NCBI GenBank assembly: GCA_026387835.1
Contig: JAPLKZ010000007.1
Span: 213,434 to 245,433, forward strand
From: Candidatus Saganbacteria bacterium
Lineage (GTDB): Bacteria > Margulisbacteria > WOR-1 > JAKLHX01
Length of the DNA stretch: 32,000 nt
Direction: 5' to 3'
In this document: positions 1 through 9,300 of the stretch, piece after piece
Layout: every line of letters begins with the position of its first letter
Numbering within the stretch: the first letter of the stretch is position 1
Translations under genes and position numbers: made by a program
Notes under the pieces: model-generated
Told to the model about the DNA's origin: nothing
What the model saw: the letters and a program-made list of their open reading frames with translations, nothing else
Databases searched by the model: none

Positions 1-426
1 TATCATTTCATTACGACATATTTTGAGGCTCTATATGATTTTTCCGCCAACAATTACCCGAAAGGCATTGAGACTTTTTCGGAAAGCAAGTACCTGCTCG
101 ATTTAATAGATTCTTTTGCAGATGAATATTTTACGGCGCTCGGTATGGACACACAGTTCCAGGAGATAATCTTTCCGTTGTTCATGATAGATTCTTTGTG
201 CAAAGCCGCGGACCCGAGAAAACCCGTGAGCAGTATAGTCATCAAAAAGGAATTCCTTTTAAATTTAAGGCCCGCAAAGATCAGCGATCTGATCAGATAT
301 ATGGCTATATTCCCGTATTTAGACCTGTTAAAAAAAGCATCGAGATCCGGCGACAAACAAAAGCAGGATTATTTTACGGACAAGATCGAAAAATTAAAAG
401 AAGAGGCTTCCTCTAAAGAAAAGTAA
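1..426 (+). CDS. hypothetical protein, C-terminal fragment (5' end lies outside the window)
   Basis: Frame 1 has no stop from nt 1 to the TAA at 424-426, so the tracked ORF 145..426 is only the tail of a CDS entering from upstream. It reads YHFITTYFEALYDFSANNYPKG...MDTQFQ.... The C-terminus is Lys/Glu-rich. No family motif recognised. Confidence 0.5.
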   Translation, partial: YHFITTYFEALYDFSANNYPKGIETFSESKYLLDLIDSFADEYFTALGMDTQFQEIIFPLFMIDSLCKAADPRKPVSSIVIKKEFLLNLRPAKISDLIRYMAIFPYLDLLKKASRSGDKQKQDYFTDKIEKLKEEASSKEK

Positions 427-429
427 TGG

Positions 430-1542
430 CTATCCTTTTCTTTCCATGATTGACAGTATTTTATTAGTGTGCTCGTTTTCCGGATCCTGCTTTGCATAAA
501 CTTTGAGAAATTCTAAGGCTTCATCAAGTTTTCCCTGTTTTGCGCAGCAGACAGCATATTGCGAAAACCTCATCGCATCCCAAAAGAAATCCTGGTTTGA
601 TATTTTATCGTGCATTTTTTTAGGTAATGCTACGGCTTTCTTTATTAGATTGTACGCGTCTTCGAACCTGTTGAGTTCCATGTATGCCCGCGTTGCGATG
701 CAATACTGGTCTATATTTTCAGGATTGCATTCGATAGATCGTATGCCTTCGTTCAAAGCTTTCTCAAAATCTTTCAACTCATTTATATATATCCAGCCCT
801 TGCTATTATGACTGTCTTCCTCCAGATGAGAGAGCTCATTTTTTCCTCTGCAGGCAAAAATGACCTTGTCAAAAGCGGCAAGCGAATCATCGGTCCTGTT
901 CATCTGCCAATATTTCTTCGCAAGGAGATAGCTGTATCCGGGATCATCGGCATTTTCAGACGCAGCCTTTTCCAGGATCTCCAGCCTGGATCGGTTCTTT
1001 TTCTTTGACAGGTCCGCGGGCATATTGCCGCCCCAGTGATAGATCGCGATATCAGCCAGCTTCTCCTCTATTCTTTTTATTCCTTGGGGAAAAACGACCT
1101 GTTCATTCACCGGCCTTTGAAAATGAATGCCCAGCTTGTTCCTGAAGATCTTATCCCTCATATAGAAAGATTTCACTTCGGTCGTATCGTATTCACATTC
1201 ATTAATGGGGATATAGATGATATTGGCTCCGGTATTGTCAAGATGAGCCCTTAATTTGCGGACATCTTCCTTTTTAAGGTATTCATCGGCATCTGTCCAC
1301 ATGATCCAGTTCGAATCCGCATATTTTAAAGATTCATTCCTCGCAGCCGAAAAATCATTTATCCATGTAAAATCATGCACTTCCGCCCCGAGTGAAGCCG
1401 CGAGATCTTTTGTCCTGTCAGTGGACCCCGTATCCATGACGATGACTTTGTCGCACGAGGAGACCAGGTTTGGAAGTGTCTTTGAAATATTCACTTCTTC
1501 GTTCTTGACGATCATACAGATATTTAAGGTTGTCTTTTGCAT
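430..1542 (-). CDS. family 2 glycosyltransferase with C-terminal TPR-like helical repeats
   Basis: The N-terminus has the typical GT-A/GT2 pattern (ICMIVKNEE...VIVMDTGSTDRT...NDFSAARNESL...WTDADEYL with a DxD-like DAD). The C-terminal half is helical-repeat/TPR-like. It starts 7 nt after the upstream KS-like gene, on the same strand. Confidence 0.8.
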   Translation of the reverse strand: MQKTTLNICMIVKNEEVNISKTLPNLVSSCDKVIVMDTGSTDRTKDLAASLGAEVHDFTWINDFSAARNESLKYADSNWIMWTDADEYLKKEDVRKLRAHLDNTGANIIYIPINECEYDTTEVKSFYMRDKIFRNKLGIHFQRPVNEQVVFPQGIKRIEEKLADIAIYHWGGNMPADLSKKKNRSRLEILEKAASENADDPGYSYLLAKKYWQMNRTDDSLAAFDKVIFACRGKNELSHLEEDSHNSKGWIYINELKDFEKALNEGIRSIECNPENIDQYCIATRAYMELNRFEDAYNLIKKAVALPKKMHDKISNQDFFWDAMRFSQYAVCCAKQGKLDEALEFLKVYAKQDPENEHTNKILSIMERKG

Positions 1543-1549
1543 ATATAGT

Positions 1550-2785
1550 TCAGACTTTGCCGATTAAGATCGAAACGCAATTCCCCCATCTGGTATGTGA
1601 ATCCAATGAAAATGAACATATTAATGAATTATTAATTATAGCATCCTCTGCATATTTGGTTGTTAAGTTCAGCCTGCACAAGGGGTCCGGAGAAGTATAA
1701 TTGATGGTCGGAAATATGAACCTGTCCCTGATGCATAACATGGCCGCGCATATGTTCAGGGGATAGCTCGCGCCGAAAGTTTCCCCCGTCATGGACTTGA
1801 GTGCGCTTACAGGGATATCCTTTGCGTCCGTGCCCATGGCCGATCTTAACGAATCGATCTCAAGTTTGTCGCATATGCGCGAAGAGTTCGCAGAAGAACA
1901 GATGAAATCAATATCCGAGGAGGATAGCCCGGATTCCTGTAACGCTTGTCCGGCAGATCGCCTGATCACCTCTTCTGCCGAAGTTCCGTTCCCGAAAGAA
2001 CCGGTTGAAATGCCGGATATCTTAGCGTATATATTTGCGCCTCTTTTTTTGGCGTCTTCAAGCCTTTCCAGCAATAACAAACATGCTCCTTCAGCGCAAA
2101 TATACCCGTTCCTGTATTGATCGAACGGCCTGCTGTCTTCACTGACCGTTTGGTCTTCATAAGCCAGCTCGCCTTTAGCATGGACGCCCCCAAAAACCAG
2201 AAGCGAGAGTTCGTCGGCTCCGCCGCAGATAATATAATCTGCCTTTTTGTTCTTGAGGAGCTGTACTGCATAAAATATCGCCATGCCTCCTGATGTCACT
2301 TCGGATGATAACGTGTAATTTACCCCGTTAAGGGATAATTCTTTGGCGATAGTTCCGGCGCTGATATTCATTGACAGACTGGGAAAAATAAAGGGATTTG
2401 CAAGTTGAGGCCCATTGGCATTGATTTCGGAAATAAATTTCTCGAGTGATGCGCTGTTGCCAAAGGCGGTCCCGAATATCACCCCGATCCTGCCGCTGTC
2501 TGTCTTTGCCATATCTATTCCCGAATCTTTCACGGCCATTACCGCCGCAGCGGTCGAATACCGGGTCAACCTGTCCATTTTTCTGGCGTTTGACGCCGGT
2601 ATATGATCTGCTATCGAAAAGTCGTTTATTTCACCGGCCTTTTTTGATCCGAATATTGAGGGGTCAAACCTTTTGATCCTATCGACGCCGCTTTTCCCTG
2701 TCTTTAAGGACTCAAGAAAAGCTTCGGTACCCGTCCCGATAGGACTTACTATCCCTATACCCGTTATTACTATTTGGTCTTCCAT
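1550..2785 (-). CDS. ketosynthase-like protein lacking the catalytic Cys and both His residues (chain-length-factor / KS-beta-like partner)
   Basis: Thiolase-fold KS N-terminus (IVITGIGIVSPIGTG). The active-site TACSSS is replaced by SSEVTSG. The HGTGT position reads SSANSS and the GHxxGAAG position reads GETFGASY. It overlaps the upstream intact KS by 16 nt, which suggests translational coupling. Confidence 0.8.
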   Translation of the reverse strand: MEDQIVITGIGIVSPIGTGTEAFLESLKTGKSGVDRIKRFDPSIFGSKKAGEINDFSIADHIPASNARKMDRLTRYSTAAAVMAVKDSGIDMAKTDSGRIGVIFGTAFGNSASLEKFISEINANGPQLANPFIFPSLSMNISAGTIAKELSLNGVNYTLSSEVTSGGMAIFYAVQLLKNKKADYIICGGADELSLLVFGGVHAKGELAYEDQTVSEDSRPFDQYRNGYICAEGACLLLLERLEDAKKRGANIYAKISGISTGSFGNGTSAEEVIRRSAGQALQESGLSSSDIDFICSSANSSRICDKLEIDSLRSAMGTDAKDIPVSALKSMTGETFGASYPLNICAAMLCIRDRFIFPTINYTSPDPLCRLNLTTKYAEDAIINNSLICSFSLDSHTRWGNCVSILIGKV

Positions 2786-3966
2786 TTTTTTATTATGATG
2801 CTCGAGTTGTTGCCAGCAAAAGCAAAATTATTTGACATTGATATATCGAACGTCTTGGGCCTTGATCTGTTCGGGACATAATCCAGATCGCAGGCAGGGT
2901 CGGGCGTTTCGTAGTTTATTGTCGGAGGAATAAAGGATCCCCGCATGGCCAGTATGCATGCGATTATTTCAATTATCCCTGCCGCTCCCAAAGCATGACC
3001 GGTCATGGATTTAGTAGAGCTTACCGGTATTTCGTAGGCATTTTCCCCGAAAGCTCCTTTTATGGCTTTTGTCTCCATTTCATCATTTTGCTGTGTCCCG
3101 GTGCCGTGAGCATTAATATATTCAACGGCATCCGTTCGCAAATGTGCGTCCTCAAGAGCGGCTTTCATCGCAAGGGCCGCTCCCCTGCCGCTCGGGTCGG
3201 GCGATGTCTCATGATAAGCATCGCTGCTGTTACCGTAGCCGAGTATCTCCGCATAGATCATGGCCTTTCTCTTTAGAGCATGTTCAAGTTCTTCCAGGAT
3301 CAGGATCCCCGCCCCTTCTCCCAGCAATAAACCCGACCTGTTCTTATCGAACGGCTGGCATTTTTTTTCGGCAAGACCTCTTAAAGAATGGAAACCATAA
3401 TAAGCGATATCGAACAGGTCCTCGGCTCCTCCCGTGAAACATATTTCTGACAAGCCGTTTCCGATCAGATCGGATGCGATCATTACGGAATTCAGAGATG
3501 AGGAGCAGGCTGTCGAAACCGTCAAAGAGGGCCCTTTGAGGTCATAATATGACGCGATAGCCTTTGCGGGTCCGTAAGCGGTATTAGCGACAAGCTGTTC
3601 GGGTTTTAAACCGCTGATATCCTTTTCTGTAATGATCTTTCTAAAGATGACTTTTAAGGATTCGATAGAACCCTGGGACAGGCCGAAGACCGATCCTATC
3701 CTGTAAGGATCCTCGTCTTTAAAACATATTTTGGAGTCCTTCACGGCCTGTACGGCAGAAATATGTATCATGTCCAGGGCCCTGTAAGAATACGGGAAAT
3801 TTACCGCAGGGAGATCCTTTATTTCACAGGCTATATGGACGCGCAGGCCGTTTGTATCAAACAGCGTGACCGGGGCCACACCTGAAACTCCGTTCTTGAG
3901 ATTTAAAGCATATTCATCGATGGAGTTGCCGATCGAAGACAAAACTCCCATGCCCGTTACAACCAC
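2770..3966 (-). CDS. beta-ketoacyl-ACP synthase II family (FabF-like, catalytically intact)
   Basis: Cys-His-His triad motifs are present (STACSSS, NAHGTGTQQND, KSMTGHALGAAG). The tracked ORF begins at a TTG at 4035 and would overlap the upstream gene by 65 nt. The in-frame GTG at 3966 gives the canonical N-terminus (V)VVTGMGV, 5 nt after the upstream stop. The start is therefore uncertain (3966 or 4035). Confidence 0.9.
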   Translation of the reverse strand: MVVTGMGVLSSIGNSIDEYALNLKNGVSGVAPVTLFDTNGLRVHIACEIKDLPAVNFPYSYRALDMIHISAVQAVKDSKICFKDEDPYRIGSVFGLSQGSIESLKVIFRKIITEKDISGLKPEQLVANTAYGPAKAIASYYDLKGPSLTVSTACSSSLNSVMIASDLIGNGLSEICFTGGAEDLFDIAYYGFHSLRGLAEKKCQPFDKNRSGLLLGEGAGILILEELEHALKRKAMIYAEILGYGNSSDAYHETSPDPSGRGAALAMKAALEDAHLRTDAVEYINAHGTGTQQNDEMETKAIKGAFGENAYEIPVSSTKSMTGHALGAAGIIEIIACILAMRGSFIPPTINYETPDPACDLDYVPNRSRPKTFDISMSNNFAFAGNNSSIIIKKWKTK

Positions 3967-3970
3967 CCTT

Positions 3971-4441
3971 TTAGACCGGTTTGGCAATTTCGATCTCTTT
4001 CCTGATAAATAATGATATCTCGCTTTCAAAGACAAGCTCGCCGTTTGAATGTATCGTGCCTTTAGCTATCAGAAAGTCCCCGATTTTATCGGTGAATTCA
4101 GTTTTTATTATAAGCTCATCCGAAAACCCGACACTTTTTAACATATGACAGTTTTTGAACGAGACAATAAAATGTGAAAAATTAGACCCAGGTTCATTGT
4201 CGCTGTTGTCCATCTTTATCATATCCGGGACAAAAAATTCGGCCAGGTTCATCGATTGGGCCAGGCATTCAAGAAGTATCGTGCCCGGGACGGAAAATTC
4301 ATTGCGGAGAACGGGGTCGTTCTTTGAAAACCGTTTTTTGCATAAAATATAATTGCTTTTGGCCTCGATGAATTCGTCGATAAATACGAAAGGCGGTTTG
4401 TGCTTGTAAAAAGGTTCAAAGACCAGGTCGTTGATTAACAC
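3971..4441 (-). CDS. hotdog-fold (FabZ/FabA/ApeI-like) 3-hydroxyacyl-ACP dehydratase family protein
   Basis: 156 aa, with PFVFIDEF...VPGTILLECLAQ resembling the FabZ core PGVLxxEAxAQ. It sits between the ACP and KS genes. I could not find the canonical FabZ catalytic His in the usual HFxxxP context. Confidence 0.65.
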   Translation of the reverse strand: MLINDLVFEPFYKHKPPFVFIDEFIEAKSNYILCKKRFSKNDPVLRNEFSVPGTILLECLAQSMNLAEFFVPDMIKMDNSDNEPGSNFSHFIVSFKNCHMLKSVGFSDELIIKTEFTDKIGDFLIAKGTIHSNGELVFESEISLFIRKEIEIAKPV

Positions 4442-4444
4442 TTC

Positions 4445-4750
4445 TTATTTCATTTTGCTTTTTATGAAGTTAGCCATTGTGCCGATATCTTTAAATATTG
4501 CTTCAGGGCTTTTGAGGTCTTCGTTAGTGATCTTTACCCCGAAATTCTTATCGATCCCGACTATTATTTCCAGAGAATCTATCGAATCAAGACCGAGGGA
4601 ATCGGAGTCAGGCGGCCTATTTTGAGGGCGGCTTTCCTGTGCCATGTTAAAAAGCTGCGTCCGTTCGTTGATGTCCTCGGGCCGGATATTCAGGTTTAAT
4701 TGAGTGATCAGCATCTCCTTTAATTTTTGCAGGATCTCATGATATTCCAT
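4445..4750 (-). CDS. acyl carrier protein (extended loop variant)
   Basis: Phosphopantetheine attachment motif LGLDSIDSLE followed by IIVGIDKNFGVKI. At 101 aa it is longer than typical ACPs because of a polar Pro-rich insertion (AQESRPQNRPPDSDS) before the DSL serine. Confidence 0.85.
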   Translation of the reverse strand: MEYHEILQKLKEMLITQLNLNIRPEDINERTQLFNMAQESRPQNRPPDSDSLGLDSIDSLEIIVGIDKNFGVKITNEDLKSPEAIFKDIGTMANFIKSKMK

Positions 4751-4760
4751 ATAAATCTCC

Positions 4761-5495
4761 TTAGTTTATTAGACCACCGTCAACGATGATCTGTTGTCCC
4801 TGAATATATGATGCCTCACCCGAGGCAAGAAAAGCAACTACAGATGCGACTTCAGACGGCCTGCCGTACCTCTTTAAAGGAATAGCTTCCCGATATCTGT
4901 CAAGTATATGTTCCGGGATCGACAAAACCATATCAGTGTCTATCAGTCCGGGAAGGACGCAATTGACGGTTATTCCGTAACCGGACAGTTCCTTTGAAAG
5001 CGCATTTGAAAAACCGATCACCCCAGCTTTTGAAGCGGCGTAACTTGTCTGTCCTGCCGCACCGTTCTTTGCCGCGATCGAACTTATGTTGATTATCTTC
5101 CCGCTCTTGCGTGAGATCATGTGCTTGGAGACGGCTTTGCAGCAATAAAAAGTGCCGTAAAGATTTGTCTTCAGGGTGAGATCGAAGTCATCATTGGGAG
5201 TAGTCAGAAGGAAGCTGTTTTTTACTAAACCCGCATTATTTACGAGTACATCGATCTTTCCGCATTTGCCGATTATCTCCTCGGCCATGCTCTCAACCTC
5301 GCAAAAATTACTTACATCAGCTTTGGCTAACATCCCCTGCCCTTCTATTTCACGCAGCAGTTCCTGTGCCGCGGCCGTGCTCTTGTTGAAGTTTATGGCG
5401 ACAAAATAGCCGAGCCCATGAAAGGCCTTTACGATGGCTTTGCCTATTCCGCCTGTGCCGCCGGTTACCAGGACGACTTTATTTTCGAGCGCCAT
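4761..5495 (-). CDS. fabG: 3-oxoacyl-ACP reductase, SDR family (FabG-like)
   Basis: Has TGGTGGIGKAI (Rossmann TGxxxGIG), NNAG and the YxxxK motif (YAASKAG). The tracked start at 5513 is a TTG lying inside a TATAAT box. The ATG at 5495 (MALENKVVLVTGG) is the more plausible start. Confidence 0.9.
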   Translation of the reverse strand: MALENKVVLVTGGTGGIGKAIVKAFHGLGYFVAINFNKSTAAAQELLREIEGQGMLAKADVSNFCEVESMAEEIIGKCGKIDVLVNNAGLVKNSFLLTTPNDDFDLTLKTNLYGTFYCCKAVSKHMISRKSGKIINISSIAAKNGAAGQTSYAASKAGVIGFSNALSKELSGYGITVNCVLPGLIDTDMVLSIPEHILDRYREAIPLKRYGRPSEVASVVAFLASGEASYIQGQQIIVDGGLIN

Positions 5496-5504
5496 AATAA
5501 ATGT

Positions 5505-5533
5505 ATTATACAAAACATAAAATATATTTGCAA
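5505..5533 (-). promoter_or_regulatory. sigma-70-type promoter for the fabG-ACP-DH-KS operon (TTGCAA-N17-TATAAT), probably giving a leaderless or near-leaderless mRNA
   Basis: On the minus strand: TTGCAA (5533-5528), a 17-nt spacer, then TATAAT (5510-5505). The -10 box ends 9 nt before the ATG at 5495, and there is no Shine-Dalgarno sequence. Confidence 0.45.
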
Positions 5534-5556
5534 ATAAAAAACAAATATGATAGTAT
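5528..5556 (+). promoter_or_regulatory. sigma-70-type promoter for the acyltransferase gene (TTGCAA-N17-TAGTAT)
   Basis: On the plus strand: TTGCAA (5528-5533), a 17-nt spacer, then TAGTAT (5551-5556), 22 nt upstream of the ATG at 5579. The -35 hexamer is palindromic and is the same 6 bp used by the divergent promoter. Confidence 0.4.
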
Positions 5557-5578
5557 TTAAAAAATAATCGGTCAGGTT

Positions 5579-6298
5579 ATGAAAAACTTTTTTATATATA
5601 GCGGTATTATTGTTATAATAGTTGTGTTTGTAATTGCTAGATTGGTAGATCTGTTGCTCAATATTTTTTCAAATGACAAAGAACTTGACGCCCAGAAATT
5701 TCTATATAAGTGGTCGCACAGATTATTTTGGGTGATAAATTCCAAGGTTGAATTCTCCGGCCTCGAAAATATCCCCGCGACCGGCCCGGTGATCATTGTG
5801 GCAAGGTACAGGTTCCCCATAGATCTTATAATATCCACAGCAATTTTTAAGAGAAAAGTATATCTTGCCGTGGATTCGACATTTTTTGTTTTTCCGCTTT
5901 CATTTATGAGCAAAAGCGCAGGATATCTGAACATTGACAACAAGAATCTTTTGATCGCGGCGCAGCAGATGGATAAGACAATAGAAAAGCTCAGGGCGGG
6001 TTCGGCTATTTTTATGTTCATAAGCAGAAGGACAGACATTGACAGTCCCGTTCACGGCCCCGCTTTTGCGTCCCTTGAAACTAATATCCCGGTCATCCCT
6101 ATTGCGATAAATTCGACCCCGGAATTATCTGTATTCACTAATTTTATATATGGCATGTTCGTCCGTAAAAAGGTGTTAGATGTCATTAAGGTCAGGATCG
6201 GAGAGCCAATAATGTCAAATGAGCAAAATGACAGGATCGGAAGGGTTAAGTTCACAGAAGAAATAGTCAGAAAGATCGATTCGATGCTGAAAAAATAG
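5579..6298 (+). CDS. PlsC/LPLAT-fold acyltransferase-like protein with degenerate catalytic motifs
   Basis: N-terminal TM helix (IYSGIIVIIVVFVIARLV), then an LPLAT-like layout (GPVIIVARYRFPIDLII ... IFMFISRRTD ... NIPVIPIAI). The NHxxxxD motif reads RYRFPID (His to Tyr) and FPEGTR reads FISRRT. Confidence 0.65.
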   Translation: MKNFFIYSGIIVIIVVFVIARLVDLLLNIFSNDKELDAQKFLYKWSHRLFWVINSKVEFSGLENIPATGPVIIVARYRFPIDLIISTAIFKRKVYLAVDSTFFVFPLSFMSKSAGYLNIDNKNLLIAAQQMDKTIEKLRAGSAIFMFISRRTDIDSPVHGPAFASLETNIPVIPIAINSTPELSVFTNFIYGMFVRKKVLDVIKVRIGEPIMSNEQNDRIGRVKFTEEIVRKIDSMLKK

Positions 6299-6375
6299 TT
6301 CTTACAATACGACCTCAGTTATAAATGAACTCCTGATTTCCATTGTTTGTATTATTTAGGAGAACGGCATTCCGC

Positions 6376-9300
6376 TCAGCACATAAAGTTGTTATTACCG
6401 TTTTTGTCGGGTTCGCCGGTTATCGGATCTATTTTTTTTATTGAACCGGCACATATAGTATTACTGTCCTTGCTGTTGAGCATATCTTCTATTTTGGCCT
6501 TCAGGTCTTTTCCGATGCTGTCATTGTCCACTCTTAAGATCGCTTTCTTTACATATTCGGAATTAGATACCAACGCCAGTTGAGACAAGACGGCTATGGC
6601 ATCTTTGGTCTCGAGTACTGAAAGTATATAGGCGGCCACTTCAGGCTTGAAATTCCTTAAGAATTTAGCCGTCTCCTCCGGTCCCATCCCATTAGCGATA
6701 ATCTGAGAAAGGGCTACCTTGGCAGATTCTTTGGTTGCAAATGTCAATATGCTGCTCACCGCGACCTGTTCGATCTTCGGCTTGACGATGTCTTGGTCGG
6801 CAGGATCCTTTACAGTGGCTGTCATGAACAGCTGGGAATTGATCTGATCGAACATCTTCCGCATGATCTTATCGGTCTCATCCTTTAACGCGGGAGATCC
6901 CGGAAGATTTGATATAGTGCTTACGAGATTAAGCAGCTTTGGCATCGACACATTTATATCCGGCTTATCAGTAAGGGTCGAGATCATGCCGATGATCTTG
7001 CTTGCGGCGATTGCCGGGTTTTCAAGTATCATTTTGGCGATATAGTCATTTGATGCGTTGCCCTCAAGAAGTTTTAGTGCTGTCTGTGCTGCCTGCTTGC
7101 ACGTAATATTCGTTGAAGTGTTTTGCAGTGATTCTACGGCATTTTCAAGCTTGCTGATCACCAATTGTTTTGTGCTTTCTTTGATATTCGATCCGGTCAC
7201 CAAAGCTTTTACCTGCGTAAGCGTATCCTGCGCTTCTTCAGGCTTTGAGAAGTTCTTCTGTTTAAGTCCGTAGATGATGTTCTTTGCGTTTGCCGCGCTT
7301 GTGGGATCAAGTTTAGCCGATATGCTGTTAAGGAACTGTTCGATCGGTTTCTTCAACGATTTTATTTGAGCCTCGGTTTCGTTGCCCGAAGCGGATATCC
7401 TTTTGGCGTTGTCTGCCCTGTTCTTTATTCCTATTGCTATCCTTAATATAGATGCGTCTTCATTATTTAATTTATTGTTTTTATCGGCATTTATCTCCGC
7501 CTCAATTTTCTTCATTTCGTTTTCATCAAATACCCCTTTGGTTTCGTTAGTAACTGATGAAGCAGTTGAACTCCTTGATACTTGCTTGTCATCTCTGAAC
7601 GTATCAGGCCTTATGGCAGCCTGCGCCTGGTTGATGACTACAGGGCTCTGTGTCGTCCTCATTATGTTCTCGGCTATCTCAACGGCTTTTACGGCCTGTT
7701 TTGTCTCCTTGGCAATAGCCATCACCTGATGCTGTTTCTGCGGCTCAAGGTTCAATATGATCTGCGCCGCCTGCGTGGGTTCCTTATCCTTAACCGCCTG
7801 GACTATCATCTGTGTCGGCACCACATCAAGCACTTTTGCAGCTTCAGTGGCCGTCATCTCGCCTTTGATGACCTTAGAGACCACCTGCGAGACCGCTTTC
7901 TGTACAGCCTGTTCTGCCTTGCTTACCACTACGTTGGTATTCATGTCCTTGGGCACGTCGGTCGATACCTTGGAAAGTACCGCCACCAGGTCTTTTACCG
8001 CTGCCGTGTTGTTGGCGCTTATCTCGTCATCTATTACTATTATTATCTGGTTTATTACATCTTCTGCCTTTTTGGGATTATCCATCACCATCTGTACAAC
8101 TTTATCTTCCGTTGTAGGCTTCATGTTCATTGCCTGAGGTGCATGCTGTGCTTCCTTCACAGGTGTATATGAGGTCGGCATGCTTTCAGCCTGCTTCACC
8201 TGCGGTTTATTGACTACAGGAGCGGCCTGCACGGCTGTTTTGACTTGAGGCTCTATAACAGCCTGCGGAGCAGCTTCCATTTTCTGCGTGATCTTCTCTA
8301 TCGCCTTGTCTAAGGCCACCGTGATTCTGATATTGTTCGGTACCGCTGCTTTTACTTCTTCAAGCGCTATCACTATCTGCTGCATATTCTCCGGATTCAC
8401 TTTCTTTTCCGAATGTTCTATGACAGCAGGGATCATTCTTGCCACTTTGTCGATCATGTTGGGCTTGCTTGTTATAGCCCGCACAACATCTTCCACCGGC
8501 TTGTTGTTGACTATATCGTTCACCGCTTTCTGTGCCGCATCTTTTGCCCTTACGTTGACAGAGGTATTGTCCACTGCTTCCATGGCCTGCGTCAGCTTTT
8601 GTGCTATGACCTCTTTCACTTTTTCGTTGATCTTTGCACCGTTTGCCATGTCCTTCACCTGAGATATGAACCTCGCCACTTTTTCCGTGTTCGTGAAGTC
8701 GGCTTTCTTTATCTCTGAGCTCATGTCCTTTGCTTTTTTGGCCTCTGTTTGCGGCAGCTTCTCCGCTATCTGTGTCAGGAGCTGTTCCATTGGCTTCTTT
8801 AAGGCATTGAGCTGCGTCGCGGGGTCAACGGCTTTTTGGGATGCCTCTTTAGCGGCTAGAGCCCCGTTCTTTATGACGATGACTGTGGATACTATCCTTG
8901 TATCCGCCTTGCTGGCCTTGGACAAACTCTTCATATTGCTCATCTCCGCCCTTATCATATCTGTTTCTAACCTTGTGAACTCCTCATCAGTAGAGACCTC
9001 TTTGGACGCTTCAGTTGTCGGGGCTTGTTCTACCTGCCTGGGATTCCTGAATGAATCCTGCATTATGATTGGCTGAGCCTGGATGCCGGCTGGAGATACC
9101 TGGTTCCTCCTGGTGTTCTCGGCTATAACTACAGCTTTGATAGCTTGTTGTTTCTCATTGGCCATAGCGATCACCTGATGCCGTTTTCCAGGTTCAAGAT
9201 TGACTATCACCATAGCCGCTGCCTCAGGACTCGCCTTTGCCATGGCTCTCACTGTCACTTCAGCAGGAACGTTGTTAAGCGCTGTGGCCGCTTCTTCAGG

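Noticed and set aside
54-356. 100-aa minus-strand ORF at the left edge
   Set aside because: It lies entirely antisense to a plus-strand frame that stays open from nt 1 to 426 and has a more protein-like sequence. The minus-strand ORF has no RBS or promoter and has an odd composition.
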